Assembly: GCA_038823825.1 (NCBI GenBank) | Contig: JAWBCC010000001.1 | Location: 240,001-272,000, forward strand | DNA: 32,000 bases | Direction of reading: 5' to 3' | Source of the DNA: Candidatus Hadarchaeales archaeon | GTDB lineage: Archaea; Hadarchaeota; Hadarchaeia; Hadarchaeales; Hadarchaeaceae | Shown: piece by piece, positions 1-9,695 of the stretch | Numbering within the stretch: position 1 is the stretch's first letter | Layout: the number at the start of each line of letters is the position of its first letter | The notes under the pieces: generated by a model | What the model was told of the DNA's origin: nothing | What the model saw: only the letters and a program-made list of their open reading frames with translations | Database searches by the model: none | Program-made: the position numbers and the translations under genes

Positions 1-2061
1 AACGTAGGCTAGGAAGACGTTCGGTACGGCGTTTTCAACGTTCTCCTCAACGGGGTAGATCTTCGGGAGGAGAACGAAGTTGTCTGCTGGCAGAACTCCC
101 TTGTTATCGATAGCTTTCAGGACGACGACATAACCGTTGTCAAGGTTCTCGTTTTCGAAGAGGTCTGGCCAGTTGAGCTTATTCTCTATTCCCAGAACCT
201 CGTCGCTGAAGGTCACTTTGATCACCAAGACGTTTTCGTTGGCGTAACCTCCGTCAGAGATGCTCTCCCCTGAGACGTTCTCTTTTACTTCTACTGTCAC
301 ATTTGGAGCACGTGTGTCGACGACCAAGTTGTCGATGCTTTCTTCACCGATATTTCCGGCCTTGTCGATTATTCTTGCCGCGATCTTGTGTTTGCCGTCC
401 GGAATAGTAAGCTCAAAGCTTACCAGTCCGGTCCAGTCCGCAACTCCACTGGCGACTACTTCGTTGTCCAATAGGACCTCGAGCTTCAGGCCTTCAGGTG
501 TGTAGCCCGATGGTGTGAACACTAGGTTATCATCGGTATCGGAGAGAGTTACGTTGACCACGTAGTCGTTCTTGTTCTCGATGCCTACGGACAGTCCAAT
601 ACCAGTCAGACTGGGAGCTATCGGTCTGCGTCTGTCGACGAATATCTTGTCAGCGAAGATGGCAACAGTATTCTCGTTCCCGAGCACATCTTTTGCCTTG
701 TTTACTCTCACGGTTATGTAACCGTCGTTGTCCCAGTAATCCGTGTTCTCGGTTGTGTAGACTCCAGTCCACTCGGTGTTGTCTTCGTTCGGTGTAAGGG
801 TGAGCAGCCTGGGAGCCATTCCGTTCTCCCAGATTTCTACGTTTTCGAAGGTGAACGATTCATTGCCCTTCAGCTTGATTGTCACGTTTTCGCTTCCGCC
901 CACCCAGCTCTTGTCAACCTCGAGGGTGAGCACTGGCGGGTTACTGTCGACCTCAACTGAGGTAGTCCAGTTTCTGGCAAGATTTGTCGTATCCGTTGTT
1001 GTCACTGTGAAGTTGTAAAGACCGCTTGAAGTTGCTGACTCTACGGCGATCTTGAAGGTCACGGTTGAGCCGGGAGCGATTTGACCACCGGTCCACTCTA
1101 CATAGGTTGCCGCACTACTCGCGGACCATCCGCTCGGGATGTTCTCCACGGTTGCGGCGCTAACATCGAGTTCCTGACCCTTTTTTCTTATGACCACTGT
1201 GTTGTCTGAGACTCTGATTATTTCGAATGTTGTTGCTCTAGTGAGCTGTACCAAGGTACCAGCGGGTATGACAACTTCGTTGTCAATCAATTGTAGACTG
1301 CGCCCGCTGGGCAAGGTCCAGTTCATCACGTTCTGTGGTCTGTCTGTCACCAGAGTCACAGCATTGTCCTTTATGACCGCGGTTATGTCTGTAGCCGGTT
1401 TCACTGCGTTGTCGGACAATTTGATGTTCATATCGCCAACAGTTCTAAGCTTTGCATTCTCTGGAAGCATTACGATACTGGGACCGGTTTTGATCGCCAA
1501 AATGTCTTGATCCACAACTAGAGCCGTGCCGACGGGGTAACCAAAGCTTACGTCTTTGGCAACCTCAAAGTTTTCCCAGTCAACATTCTCTGTGAAAGTT
1601 CCTCCGCTAGCAGCGATTTTGACCTCGACGTCTTCAAGTAACTGCGTCTGTCCAAGTGGAGGCACCCAAACCCACTTGTTCTCCTTCACGATGACCACGG
1701 TGTTCTCCGGCAGGAAGATATTGTCGTTCTCGATCAGAAGCACGGTGGTTCCTGCGGGGATGTATACAACGTTATCAGCTGCAACAACGCATACATTGTT
1801 CTCCTTTGGAATCCGCACGACCGGGTATGGTTTTGACCATCCAGACGGAATGGTGACTCTCACTTTGCTGATGGCATGCACGCTATCTCCAGAGTTTGTT
1901 ACTGTGACGTCGAGAATCACGTTTTCTCCGCCACGGACTCTGCTTGGTGTGATCGAGATTGTTGCTGTGTGCGCTGCGCTGGTGAAACTCGTCGAAAGAA
2001 CCATGGCTATCGGTGTCATTAGCATTGCCGCAATCACTATCATTGCTGTTGTACTCTTCAT
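1..2061 (-). CDS. Secreted/surface Ig-like or adhesin-like protein, N-terminal part (runs off the left edge)
   Basis: The minus-strand frame is open from ATG at 2061 to base 1 (687 codons). GAGGTG-like RBS upstream. N-terminus MKSTTAMIVIAAMLMTPIAMVLSTSFTSAAHT looks like a signal peptide, followed by beta-rich segments (TPSRVRGGENVIVTVTNSGD, SNPPVLTLEVDKSWVGGSENVTIKLKGNE). The ORF track misses it because it is incomplete. Confidence 0.85.
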   Translation of the reverse strand, partial: MKSTTAMIVIAAMLMTPIAMVLSTSFTSAAHTATISITPSRVRGGENVILDVTVTNSGDSVHAISKVRVTIPSGWSKPYPVVRIPKENNVCVVAADNVVYIPAGTTVLLIENDNIFLPENTVVIVKENKWVWVPPLGQTQLLEDVEVKIAASGGTFTENVDWENFEVAKDVSFGYPVGTALVVDQDILAIKTGPSIVMLPENAKLRTVGDMNIKLSDNAVKPATDITAVIKDNAVTLVTDRPQNVMNWTLPSGRSLQLIDNEVVIPAGTLVQLTRATTFEIIRVSDNTVVIRKKGQELDVSAATVENIPSGWSASSAATYVEWTGGQIAPGSTVTFKIAVESATSSGLYNFTVTTTDTTNLARNWTTSVEVDSNPPVLTLEVDKSWVGGSENVTIKLKGNESFTFENVEIWENGMAPRLLTLTPNEDNTEWTGVYTTENTDYWDNDGYITVRVNKAKDVLGNENTVAIFADKIFVDRRRPIAPSLTGIGLSVGIENKNDYVVNVTLSDTDDNLVFTPSGYTPEGLKLEVLLDNEVVASGVADWTGLVSFELTIPDGKHKIAARIIDKAGNIGEESIDNLVVDTRAPNVTVEVKENVSGESISDGGYANENVLVIKVTFSDEVLGIENKLNWPDLFENENLDNGYVVVLKAIDNKGVLPADNFVLLPKIYPVEENVENAVPNVFLAYV

Positions 2062-2102
2062 TTCTTTCACCTCTTTTTTGCGGAATTATCTTTTTCTTAC
2101 CC

Positions 2103-2110
2103 TATTTAAA
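2103..2110 (-). promoter_or_regulatory. TATA box for the surface-protein gene
   Basis: The minus strand reads GCTTTAAATAGGG about 45 nt upstream of the ATG at 2061. Confidence 0.5.
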
Positions 2111-2277
2111 GCTTATCGGAAATTTAAATTTTGCAAATGGTAAGAAAAGCGCTTTATTTTTTTCGACGATTTTTGAAGGAAATTTCGACATTTGACGTAT
2201 ATCTTCAGAACTCGTTCTTACGTGAAAATAGAAGTGGCCACAGAGGCAACCGATAAAAAATAAACTGGAGATTTCTA

Positions 2278-3156
2278 ATGGTGAAAGATTTGCTGGTTGT
2301 GGAAGGATCGGCTTCCCCGAAGCTCTCGAAAAGGATTGCGAGACTTTTGGGATGTCCTCTCTTAAGACCCGAGCGCAAGAGGTTTCCCGATGGCGAGCTT
2401 TACGTCAGGTTTACACGGGAGGTTGCCGGTGAGCACGTCGTGATCGTCCAATCAACCCCGGAACCGCAGAACGAAAATCTGATGGAACTCTATTTTCTCG
2501 CTAAAACCGCTAAGGATCTAGGTGCGTTGGAAGTCACTTTGGTTGTTCCCTATCTCGCCTATGCTAGGCAAGATAAGAGATTCAAACCAGGTGAAGCCGT
2601 GACGCTCGATTATGTGGCATCCCTTATTTCGAACTCCGGCGCCGACTCCTTCATAGTGGTTGATATCCATGAACCAGAAACCCTTCCAAGATTTGGCTTG
2701 AAGTCTAGGAATCTTACGGCGATGCCACTCTTGGGAGTTTGGCTAAAGAGGCTTCACTTGAGGAAACCATTGGTTGTGGGGGGCGACGAAGGTTCAGAGG
2801 AAAGAGCTAGACTAGTCGCAAGAGAGTTCGGCGCAGACTATGACTATCTAGAGAAAAGAAGGCTGACTCCGACGAAGGTTATGATGAGGCCGAAGAGGTT
2901 TGAGGTTAGGGGAAGAGATGTTGTGATAATAGACGATATGATAAGCACGGGTGGGACTGTAGCCGAGGCTGCGAGGATTTTGAGGAAATCTGGAGCGAGG
3001 AGGATTTTTGCCGCATGTACGCATGCCGTTCTCTGCGGGAATGCTAAGGAAAAACTCAGAAATGCGGGAGTCGCAAGAATCGTAGCGACTGACACGATTG
3101 AGCGTAAGGAAAGCGTAGTTTCGGTGGCACCTCTGATTGTTGAGGCGTTGCGCTGA
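2278..3156 (+). CDS. prs: Ribose-phosphate pyrophosphokinase
   Basis: 292 aa: RKRFPDGELYVRF, DKRFKPGEAV, VIIDDMISTGGTVAEAARI (PRPP-binding loop). RBS GGAG 8 nt upstream. Confidence 0.95.
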   Translation: MVKDLLVVEGSASPKLSKRIARLLGCPLLRPERKRFPDGELYVRFTREVAGEHVVIVQSTPEPQNENLMELYFLAKTAKDLGALEVTLVVPYLAYARQDKRFKPGEAVTLDYVASLISNSGADSFIVVDIHEPETLPRFGLKSRNLTAMPLLGVWLKRLHLRKPLVVGGDEGSEERARLVAREFGADYDYLEKRRLTPTKVMMRPKRFEVRGRDVVIIDDMISTGGTVAEAARILRKSGARRIFAACTHAVLCGNAKEKLRNAGVARIVATDTIERKESVVSVAPLIVEALR

Positions 3157-4190
3157 TGGCGAGATTTTTCTTTCTTCTTTCTGGGGAGCACTCAAGCCTC
3201 CCGGCCGCTGAGGTTGTGGGGGCGTGTGAGGCTCTAGGGCATACTTTTAAACCAGTCGATGTTCTCGATCAAGTTTTGGTTGGGGAAACCTCGGCGGAGC
3301 CTGCTGTTCTGGCTGAAAGACTCGCAATGAGCTGGATGATTGGATTCCACCTCTTTACTTCGCCGGCATTCAAGCGGGAAATCTTGGATTCTCTCTTCAG
3401 CTCTGACTTCTTGGAGATATTTAATCCGAGGAAGACTTTTGCGATCACCGTGAAGAGGATTAAAAGAAGCGCACAACATCTTCAAACGCCGGAGTTGGAA
3501 AAGTGGCTCGCGGAGAAGATTTCGCGGGAGGTAAAATTTAAAACTGATTTGCGAAATCCGGAGTTTGAACTTGTTTTCGTTTTGACTGGGGAGAGTTGTG
3601 TTTGCGGAGTGAAAGTAGCGGAGGTTGATAGGAAAAGGTTTACGGCGAGGAGACCATCCAGGAGACCCGCATTTCATCCGAGCACTCTGACACCGGTTTT
3701 GGCAAGATGTATGGTTAATCTGGCGAGAACACCTCCGGGTGGGATTTTTCTGGATCCTTTCTGTGGTGTCGGTGGAATTTTGATTGAGGCGGGTCTTGTC
3801 GGTGCGATTCCGGTTGGGATTGACATAAAACCAGAGATGGTTGAGGGAGCGAAGAAAAATCTGGAGGCCTTCGGGATCAGGGATTACAGGCTGGAAGTTG
3901 GAGACGCGAGAAAGCTGGGTGGAATGGAGGTGGACGCGATAGCGACAGACCCGCCCTACGGGAGGCAAGCCACGACCGCAGGGAGTGAGGTCTGGGATCT
4001 CTATCGAGAATCTCTTCACTCGATGACAGAGGTTCTCAAGCCTGGAAGATTTCTCTGTATAACTGCACCGGCAGATATCAGAGAAACTGGAAAGGAGGCG
4101 GGCCTCGAAGTGGTCGATTATCACGAGCAGAAGGTTCATCGCAGTCTCATCAGATGTTTTCACGTTTTCAGGAAGCCGGGCAGTTTTTAA
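3156..4190 (+). CDS. THUMP-domain tRNA (guanine(10)-N2)-methyltransferase, TRM11/Trm-G10 family
   Basis: N-terminal THUMP-like region, then FLDPFCGVGGILIEAGLVG and motif IV IATDPPYGRQA. Overlaps the prs stop. Confidence 0.85.
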   Translation: MARFFFLLSGEHSSLPAAEVVGACEALGHTFKPVDVLDQVLVGETSAEPAVLAERLAMSWMIGFHLFTSPAFKREILDSLFSSDFLEIFNPRKTFAITVKRIKRSAQHLQTPELEKWLAEKISREVKFKTDLRNPEFELVFVLTGESCVCGVKVAEVDRKRFTARRPSRRPAFHPSTLTPVLARCMVNLARTPPGGIFLDPFCGVGGILIEAGLVGAIPVGIDIKPEMVEGAKKNLEAFGIRDYRLEVGDARKLGGMEVDAIATDPPYGRQATTAGSEVWDLYRESLHSMTEVLKPGRFLCITAPADIRETGKEAGLEVVDYHEQKVHRSLIRCFHVFRKPGSF

Positions 4191-4246
4191 GTGCACACGT
4201 GGGCTTTAAAAATCGATTATTAACTTCCAAACACGAGAATTATGTG

Positions 4247-5167
4247 ATGACTCTAAGGATAATCTTCTTGGGAACAACCGGCAGCATTCCAACAAAATCT
4301 CGCGGAATGCCCTCAATAGCCATAAGGAGAGAGAGCGACTTGCTCCTCTTCGACTGTGGTGAGGGAACGCAGCGCCAGATGCTCCTAGCCCACTTAAGCC
4401 CGCTGAAAGTTGGCGCTATCTTCATCACGCATCTTCACGGAGATCATTTTCTTGGTCTTGCTGGTCTCATCCAGACGATGTCCCTTTTCTCAAGAAAAGA
4501 GCCACTATCCATCTACTGTCCGCGTGGCGAAGGAGAACGTCTGAAATCCTACATCTTCGCTCCCAGATACGACCTAACGTTCGATTTAGAGATCCGCGAG
4601 CTCTCTGACGGGGAAGAGGTCAGGATGTCTGAATACAGAGTAGTCGCGGCGGAGGCCGACCACTCAGTCCCCTCTCTAGCATACGCTCTAGTAGAAAACG
4701 ACCGCCCAGGAAAGCTCAACGTTGAGAAAGCGATTTCGCTCGGTGTTCGTCCCGGCCCCGGCTTCTCAAGGCTCAAAGCCGGAGAGAGCATCACACTTCC
4801 AGACGGAAGAAAAGTCTACCCTAGTGATGTTTTAGGTCCGGCCAGAAGGGGAAGAAAGATAGTTTACACTGGTGACACCATTCCTTCTGAGAAAATAGTC
4901 AAGCTTTCGAAAGATGCGGATGTTTTAATTCACGACTGCACGCTCGGCGAAGAATTCTCGGAAAAGGCAAGAGAAGGAGGTCACTCCACCCCTTTAGAGG
5001 CGGCCGAAATCGCGAGAGCAGCAAACGTTCGCCTTCTGATTCTCTTCCACATAAGCCCGAGACATGAGGACCCATCCCCTCTGCTCGAGCAAGCCAGAAG
5101 GATTTTTCCAAACACGATCATCGCAGAAGACCTGATGGAACTCGAGATTCCCTATCCCGAAGAATGA
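4247..5167 (+). CDS. rnz: Ribonuclease Z (tRNA 3'-processing)
   Basis: MTLRIIFLGTTGSIPTKSRGMPSI, FDCGEGTQRQML, FITHLHGDHFLGLAGL. The start was moved from the track's 4154 to the family-typical Met. Confidence 0.93.
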   Translation: MTLRIIFLGTTGSIPTKSRGMPSIAIRRESDLLLFDCGEGTQRQMLLAHLSPLKVGAIFITHLHGDHFLGLAGLIQTMSLFSRKEPLSIYCPRGEGERLKSYIFAPRYDLTFDLEIRELSDGEEVRMSEYRVVAAEADHSVPSLAYALVENDRPGKLNVEKAISLGVRPGPGFSRLKAGESITLPDGRKVYPSDVLGPARRGRKIVYTGDTIPSEKIVKLSKDADVLIHDCTLGEEFSEKAREGGHSTPLEAAEIARAANVRLLILFHISPRHEDPSPLLEQARRIFPNTIIAEDLMELEIPYPEE

Positions 5168-5294
5168 GGGCTCAGTCTGGAGGATTCGATCATCAAATCT
5201 CCTAACCCTCTTTTCCTCATCGCCCATATTTCTTCTTCAGCGGACGATAAAAGCGATTCGCTCCGCCCGATTTCCTTCCCCACGTAGAAGAAAA

Positions 5295-5945
5295 TCAAAG
5301 TCCCTCAAACTTCAAACTCACGCCAGGAACTCCGTACATCCGCGAGAGCTCGACAAGCAATGCGACAGTAACTTCAACTAACCTGCTGTTCTTTAGCGGC
5401 CCACCGTCAATCGCTCTCATCCCAGGGATGTGATTTATAAGCCTGATAACTCTCTTCTTGGCTTCCAGGTCATCCCCACAGATCACGACGTCACACGGAA
5501 CCGGCGATCCGATATCTTGAAGCATCTTCGCTCCGACCGTGTGGAAGGCCGAAACGACTCTCGCCTCCGGCAGCAACTTCGCAACTTCTTCCGCGGCAGA
5601 TCCACTTTCCGGCCTGATGTACTCTATATCTCCTCCTTCAAACTTCAGAGGAACGATGACGCTTAGAACAATCTTCCCACGAACTTCTGGTCTTATCTCC
5701 TCCGCAATCTCGGAGAGAGCCGCGAACGGCACGCTTAACACTACAATTTCCGCAAGTCTGGCAGCTTCACTATTTCTACCCCATCCGATTTCCCGCCCGG
5801 TAAGCCTAGAAAGCTCCTCAGCAACCTTCTTCGCCTTCTCCGGCGAGCGCGAGCCTATGATCACTTTCTCCTCTCCGAGCACCCATCTCGCCACAAGACC
5901 TCTGCCCAAGTCTCCAGTTCCGCCTATCACGGCAATCGTTTGCAT
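5295..5945 (-). CDS. npdG: NADPH-dependent F420 reductase (F420H2:NADP oxidoreductase)
   Basis: MQTIAVIGGTGDLGRGLVARWVLGEEKVIIGSR, VVLSVPFAAL, VVSAFHTVGAKML. Typical F420-dependent NADP reductase length and motifs. Confidence 0.85.
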   Translation of the reverse strand: MQTIAVIGGTGDLGRGLVARWVLGEEKVIIGSRSPEKAKKVAEELSRLTGREIGWGRNSEAARLAEIVVLSVPFAALSEIAEEIRPEVRGKIVLSVIVPLKFEGGDIEYIRPESGSAAEEVAKLLPEARVVSAFHTVGAKMLQDIGSPVPCDVVICGDDLEAKKRVIRLINHIPGMRAIDGGPLKNSRLVEVTVALLVELSRMYGVPGVSLKFEGL

Positions 5946-5979
5946 CGCTAAAACCTCAGCTAGAAATCTCTATTTAACT

Positions 5980-6402
5980 TCACGGGTCAAGCAGATAATC
6001 GATCTCATAAAGTGGTACCCCATTCTTCGTTTTCGGGGCGAGATAATCGATCATTCTTTTCAAATCTTCCGCCCAAATCTTCACAACAATCGGCCCCATC
6101 GGCGATTCCCCATTCGTAAAACTCACCTTTCCAACGAAGGCGGCTTGTTTGTTTAGACGAAAACACATCGAATTTTCATCCGAAACTCCCGCGTTCATCA
6201 CGGACCTCGCCGCATCCAGAATCGCCTGCTTTCTGAGAAGCTCCCTGAATCGCGAAAGTAACATGACATCACTCCCCTCACCGCAAATAACATCCTTTTT
6301 GATGTCCAGCTGCAATCCCGGGAAGATATTCAGGATGGCTTTTTTGACTTTTTCCGGGTCTTCAGTCTTCCTCACTTCAGCCTCTACCTCAAGCTTCACC
6401 AA
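5980..6402 (-). CDS. UPF0201 family conserved archaeal protein
   Basis: 140 aa. LDAARSVM..GVSDENSMCFRLNKQAAFVGKVSF matches the archaeal UPF0201 (RNA_binding) family, and the next gene upstream is a UPF0200-type kinase as commonly seen. Confidence 0.7.
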   Translation of the reverse strand: MVKLEVEAEVRKTEDPEKVKKAILNIFPGLQLDIKKDVICGEGSDVMLLSRFRELLRKQAILDAARSVMNAGVSDENSMCFRLNKQAAFVGKVSFTNGESPMGPIVVKIWAEDLKRMIDYLAPKTKNGVPLYEIDYLLDP

Positions 6403-6955
6403 TAATCCTCCTATAGAGCTCTTCCGCCTTTTCCTTAAGTTCTTCCAGCGTCCCTTCGTTCACGATGAAAACGTCCGCCAGCGCAATGGCTTCCGCTAAT
6501 CCCCATCCAAGCTCTCTCTCATCTTTCTCAACGAACTCAGCAAAGCTTCCAGCATCGTCTTCTCTCCTCCTTCCTGTTATTCTCTCAAACCTTGCCTTGG
6601 CTGGTGCCAGAACGGCGCAGAGAATAAATCTCTCCCCGAAGGCCCGTCGAAACTCCTCAACTTCTGCCAATCCTCTTATTCCGTCAACGACAACGGCTCT
6701 GCTGCTCTTCCCAGCGCTTTCTATTTTTGGTATGTTTAACTTCGCGATGATGCTCATCCCATGCTTTTTTCTCAATTCGTCCGCCATCTCGCCTACACTC
6801 TTCTCATTTACTTCCAAACCTCTTCGCTTGACCTCTTCGACTACAACATCCCCCATTCTGATGCAAGGAATGCCAAATTTTGAAAAAACTTTGGCTATCT
6901 CGGTCTTCCCAGCCGCCTGAAGTCCGACAAGCCCGATGACCTTGAAGTCCCTCAC
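6389..6955 (-). CDS. UPF0200 / dephospho-CoA kinase-like P-loop nucleotide kinase
   Basis: VIGLVGLQAAGKTEIAKVFSKFGIPCIRMGDVV: P-loop plus an archaeal CoaE-like architecture. Confidence 0.8.
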   Translation of the reverse strand: MRDFKVIGLVGLQAAGKTEIAKVFSKFGIPCIRMGDVVVEEVKRRGLEVNEKSVGEMADELRKKHGMSIIAKLNIPKIESAGKSSRAVVVDGIRGLAEVEEFRRAFGERFILCAVLAPAKARFERITGRRREDDAGSFAEFVEKDERELGWGLAEAIALADVFIVNEGTLEELKEKAEELYRRIIGEA

Positions 6956-7185
6956 AGTTCAATCACGATCAGCGTGGTTGTGTTTGTTACGCCGGGAGCT
7001 CCTCTGATTTCTCCAAAGATTATCTTCGTCAGCTTCTCCAAGGAATCGACTTCTATCTGTGCAACAATGTCGTACGGACCAGCAACGGTTTCCGCGAGTT
7101 TTACTCCGTCGATGCTTTTTATTTTCCTATAAACCTCAGCCGTTCTCCCAGGCTCGGTAGAAATCAAACTGTACGCTCTAACCAT
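6952..7185 (-). CDS. Stand-alone Lrp/AsnC ligand-binding (RAM) domain protein
   Basis: 77 aa: MVRAYSLISTEPGRTAEVYRKIKSIDGVKLAETVAGPYDIVAQIEVDSLEKLTKIIFGEIRGAPGVTNTTTLIVIEL. No HTH. Confidence 0.85.
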   Translation of the reverse strand: MVRAYSLISTEPGRTAEVYRKIKSIDGVKLAETVAGPYDIVAQIEVDSLEKLTKIIFGEIRGAPGVTNTTTLIVIEL

Positions 7186-7241
7186 TTCCGTTTCACCTCA
7201 TCAAAATAGATACTTGGAATATAAAAAAGGAACGTTTGCTG

Positions 7242-8606
7242 TCATCTCATCCTCGCATCGAGAAATCTCCTAGCCTCTTCAACTATTTTATTCTTCAAAT
7301 CCTCGAGCTCCTCCAAACTTCTGCCCTCTATGACGACTCTCGCTTTTGGTTCAGTCCCGGAAACTCTCACTAGGACCCAACTTCCGTTTTTTCTTTCAAT
7401 GCGCACACCGTCAATATCAATTATCTTCTCTACATCTCCGATCTCTTTCAAAACATGCCTCTTCATGTGTTCCATGAAGTAGGGCTTCATCTCGTCCCGA
7501 CAGTGGAAATCTTCATGATACATGGGATAGTCCGGAACGCTTTCCTTGAAAATACGTGAAATCGGTTTTCTTTCTTTGGAAATCAATTCGACGACTTTGG
7601 CTGCCGAAAAAATCCCGTCCGCCCACATCCCATGCTCAAGGAACACGAGCTTCCCCGGTTCCCCAGCGAAGCAAGCCTGGTGTTCGATCAATCCTTCCGT
7701 AAACGCGCCAAGCGGAACTCTGATGACCTTCCCACCCATCCGTTGGACAACTTCTTCGATCGATTTAGAAGTGTTTACACTTGTGATTACTATCCCACCA
7801 CCTCTTTCTCTTACAATCTTCTGCGCAAAGAAAGCAATTAACGTATCATGCTTGATGAAATCTCCATTCTCATCGATAACGGCCAATCTATCAGCATCTC
7901 CATCGTGTGCTATTCCAAGATCTGCGCCCACCTTCTTGACGACCGCCATCAGCTCTCCAAGGTTCCACGGCTGAGGCTCTGCAGGTCTGCCCGGGAAGTG
8001 ACCATCTGGATGAGAGTTTATAGTTACGACCTCACACCCAAGTCTCCTAAGAAGGACAGGGGTGATCCCTGATGCTGCTCCATTTGCCGGATCCACAACC
8101 ACCTTCACACTCCCATCGACCTTTACTTTCTTCTCGATATCCGTGATGTATTCTTCAGTGATGTCGATCTTGTGGACGCTTCCAACATTCATCCACTCCA
8201 CCATTTTTGGTTGAACATCTAGGACGAGCCTTTCAAGCTCGACTTCCCTCTCGCTTGTGAATTCAGACCCATTCTCGGTGTAGAACGTCAGACCGTTGTC
8301 CGTCGGCGGATTATGGGAGGCTGTTATCATCGTGCCAGCCGACGCCCCAAGCTTCTTCGTCGCGAAAGCCAAGCATGGCGAGGGAACAATTCCAACATCA
8401 AGCACATCGGATCCGCCAGCCATCAATCCCGCCGAAAACGCTGAAAAAAGCATCTCCCCAGTAACCCTCGTGTCCCTTCCGACCACAACCTCGCCACCGC
8501 CGGTCAACTCGGCGAGCGCAAGTCCTAATTTGAAAGTAAGCTCCGGTGAAACCTTGACATGAACTGGTCCTCTTATCCCTCTGGTTCCAAAGAGCCTTTT
8601 TTTCAT
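7242..8606 (-). CDS. glmM: Phosphoglucosamine/phosphomannomutase (alpha-D-phosphohexomutase)
   Basis: RLFGTRGIRGP, active-site TASHNPPTDNG, Mg loop HDGDADRLAV, sugar loop, C-terminal VRVSGTEPKARV. Confidence 0.9.
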   Translation of the reverse strand: MKKRLFGTRGIRGPVHVKVSPELTFKLGLALAELTGGGEVVVGRDTRVTGEMLFSAFSAGLMAGGSDVLDVGIVPSPCLAFATKKLGASAGTMITASHNPPTDNGLTFYTENGSEFTSEREVELERLVLDVQPKMVEWMNVGSVHKIDITEEYITDIEKKVKVDGSVKVVVDPANGAASGITPVLLRRLGCEVVTINSHPDGHFPGRPAEPQPWNLGELMAVVKKVGADLGIAHDGDADRLAVIDENGDFIKHDTLIAFFAQKIVRERGGGIVITSVNTSKSIEEVVQRMGGKVIRVPLGAFTEGLIEHQACFAGEPGKLVFLEHGMWADGIFSAAKVVELISKERKPISRIFKESVPDYPMYHEDFHCRDEMKPYFMEHMKRHVLKEIGDVEKIIDIDGVRIERKNGSWVLVRVSGTEPKARVVIEGRSLEELEDLKNKIVEEARRFLDARMR

Positions 8607-8665
8607 CGTATCAAACTCCCCTCCACATATCTTAAATCTGGAAGTTTTCCGAGATTTTTGGGAGA

Positions 8666-9289
8666 ATGACGGTGAAACCCATTAGAATCTGTGTGATTGG
8701 CTTGCAGGGCGCAGTTGAGGAGCACATCGAAATGACGAAGAAAACCATGCAGAAGATGGGAATAGAAGGTGAAGTCATCTGGGCACGCAACGTAGAAGAT
8801 CTCCTCGATTGCTCGGGTATAATCATCCCTGGTGGCGAAAGCACAACGATAGGCAAACTCATGCAAACTTCCCAAATGTTTGAAACGGTCAGGAAACTCG
8901 GGTTGTCTGGGACTCCAGTCTTTGGGACGTGTGCTGGGATGATCATTTTGGCGAAAAAGGGGGATGAGCAGGTGGAAAGAACCGGTCAGCCCCTCTTAGG
9001 TCTTATGGATATGGAGGTTGTGCGAAACGCATTCGGCAGACAGAGAGAATCCTTTGAAGCCGACATAGAAATCCCGATCATCGAGGGTGGACTCTTCAGG
9101 GCGGTTTTCATAAGGGCTCCGGCTGTCAAAAGAGTCTGGGGAGACGCCAGAGTTATCGCAGAGTTTGGCGGAAGGATTGTAGGAGTTTTGCAGAAGAACT
9201 TTCTCGCCCTCGCTTTTCATCCCGAGTTAACGGACGACACCAGACTACACGAATTTTTCTTGAAGATGTGTCTAAAGCCCCCAGCTTAG
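8666..9289 (+). CDS. pdxT: Pyridoxal 5'-phosphate synthase glutaminase subunit PdxT
   Basis: IGLQGAVEEHIEM, IIPGGESTTIGKLM, GTCAGMIILAKK, LAFHPELTDDTRLHEFFL. GGAG RBS immediately upstream. Confidence 0.95.
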   Translation: MTVKPIRICVIGLQGAVEEHIEMTKKTMQKMGIEGEVIWARNVEDLLDCSGIIIPGGESTTIGKLMQTSQMFETVRKLGLSGTPVFGTCAGMIILAKKGDEQVERTGQPLLGLMDMEVVRNAFGRQRESFEADIEIPIIEGGLFRAVFIRAPAVKRVWGDARVIAEFGGRIVGVLQKNFLALAFHPELTDDTRLHEFFLKMCLKPPA

Positions 9290-9679
9290 CTTCTTCTCGG
9301 GAACGATTTTCAAGATGGGGGCTTCTCCCTCATCCCACGGATCGTCCCTCGCCCATTTGAACCTCTTGTAAAACATCTCACGGATTTTTCTGAATTCCTC
9401 TCCCCTTTCCAAAATCTCCACTTTCCCCTGTATGACGATTGCTCTGTGTGGTTTGTAGGTGTCTACAACCAAAGCTGCATAAGGGTTCTCTTTCACATTC
9501 TTGTATTTCTTTGTGTTGTAATCGGTGGCTATGTAGATAAAATTGTCATGAAAGATGTAGCAAACCGGAACAACATGTGGTCTTCCATTTTTATCGGTTG
9601 TCGCGAACCTACAGACCTCGCCCTTCTCGAGGAAATCGATTTCCTTCTTTGTGAATTTCATCAATAAAAATTTACCCAC
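9272..9679 (-). CDS. Pyridoxamine 5'-phosphate oxidase-fold (split-barrel flavin-binding) protein
   Basis: FLEKGEVCRFATTDKNGRPHVVPVCYIFHDNFIYIATDYNTKKYKNVKENPYAALVVD. Confidence 0.8.
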   Translation of the reverse strand: MGKFLLMKFTKKEIDFLEKGEVCRFATTDKNGRPHVVPVCYIFHDNFIYIATDYNTKKYKNVKENPYAALVVDTYKPHRAIVIQGKVEILERGEEFRKIREMFYKRFKWARDDPWDEGEAPILKIVPEKKLSWGL

Positions 9680-9695
9680 GATTCATATAAACAAA

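Noticed and set aside
260-2195. Plus-strand ORFs 260..505, 776..1018, 1190..1510, 1556..2143 and 2013..2195
   Set aside because: They are antisense shadows of the long minus-strand surface-protein frame (low-complexity Ser/Thr/Leu translations, no RBS, no family motifs).
2844-4196. Minus-strand ORFs 2844..3191, 2848..3195 and 3234..4196 (320 aa)
   Set aside because: They are antisense to prs and the THUMP methyltransferase, which have clear catalytic motifs. The 320-aa translation has no recognisable domain.
4154-4246. N-terminal extension of RNase Z in the ORF track
   Set aside because: Residues before MTLRIIFLGTTGS overlap the upstream gene and do not look like RNase Z. The Met at 4247 gives the normal start.
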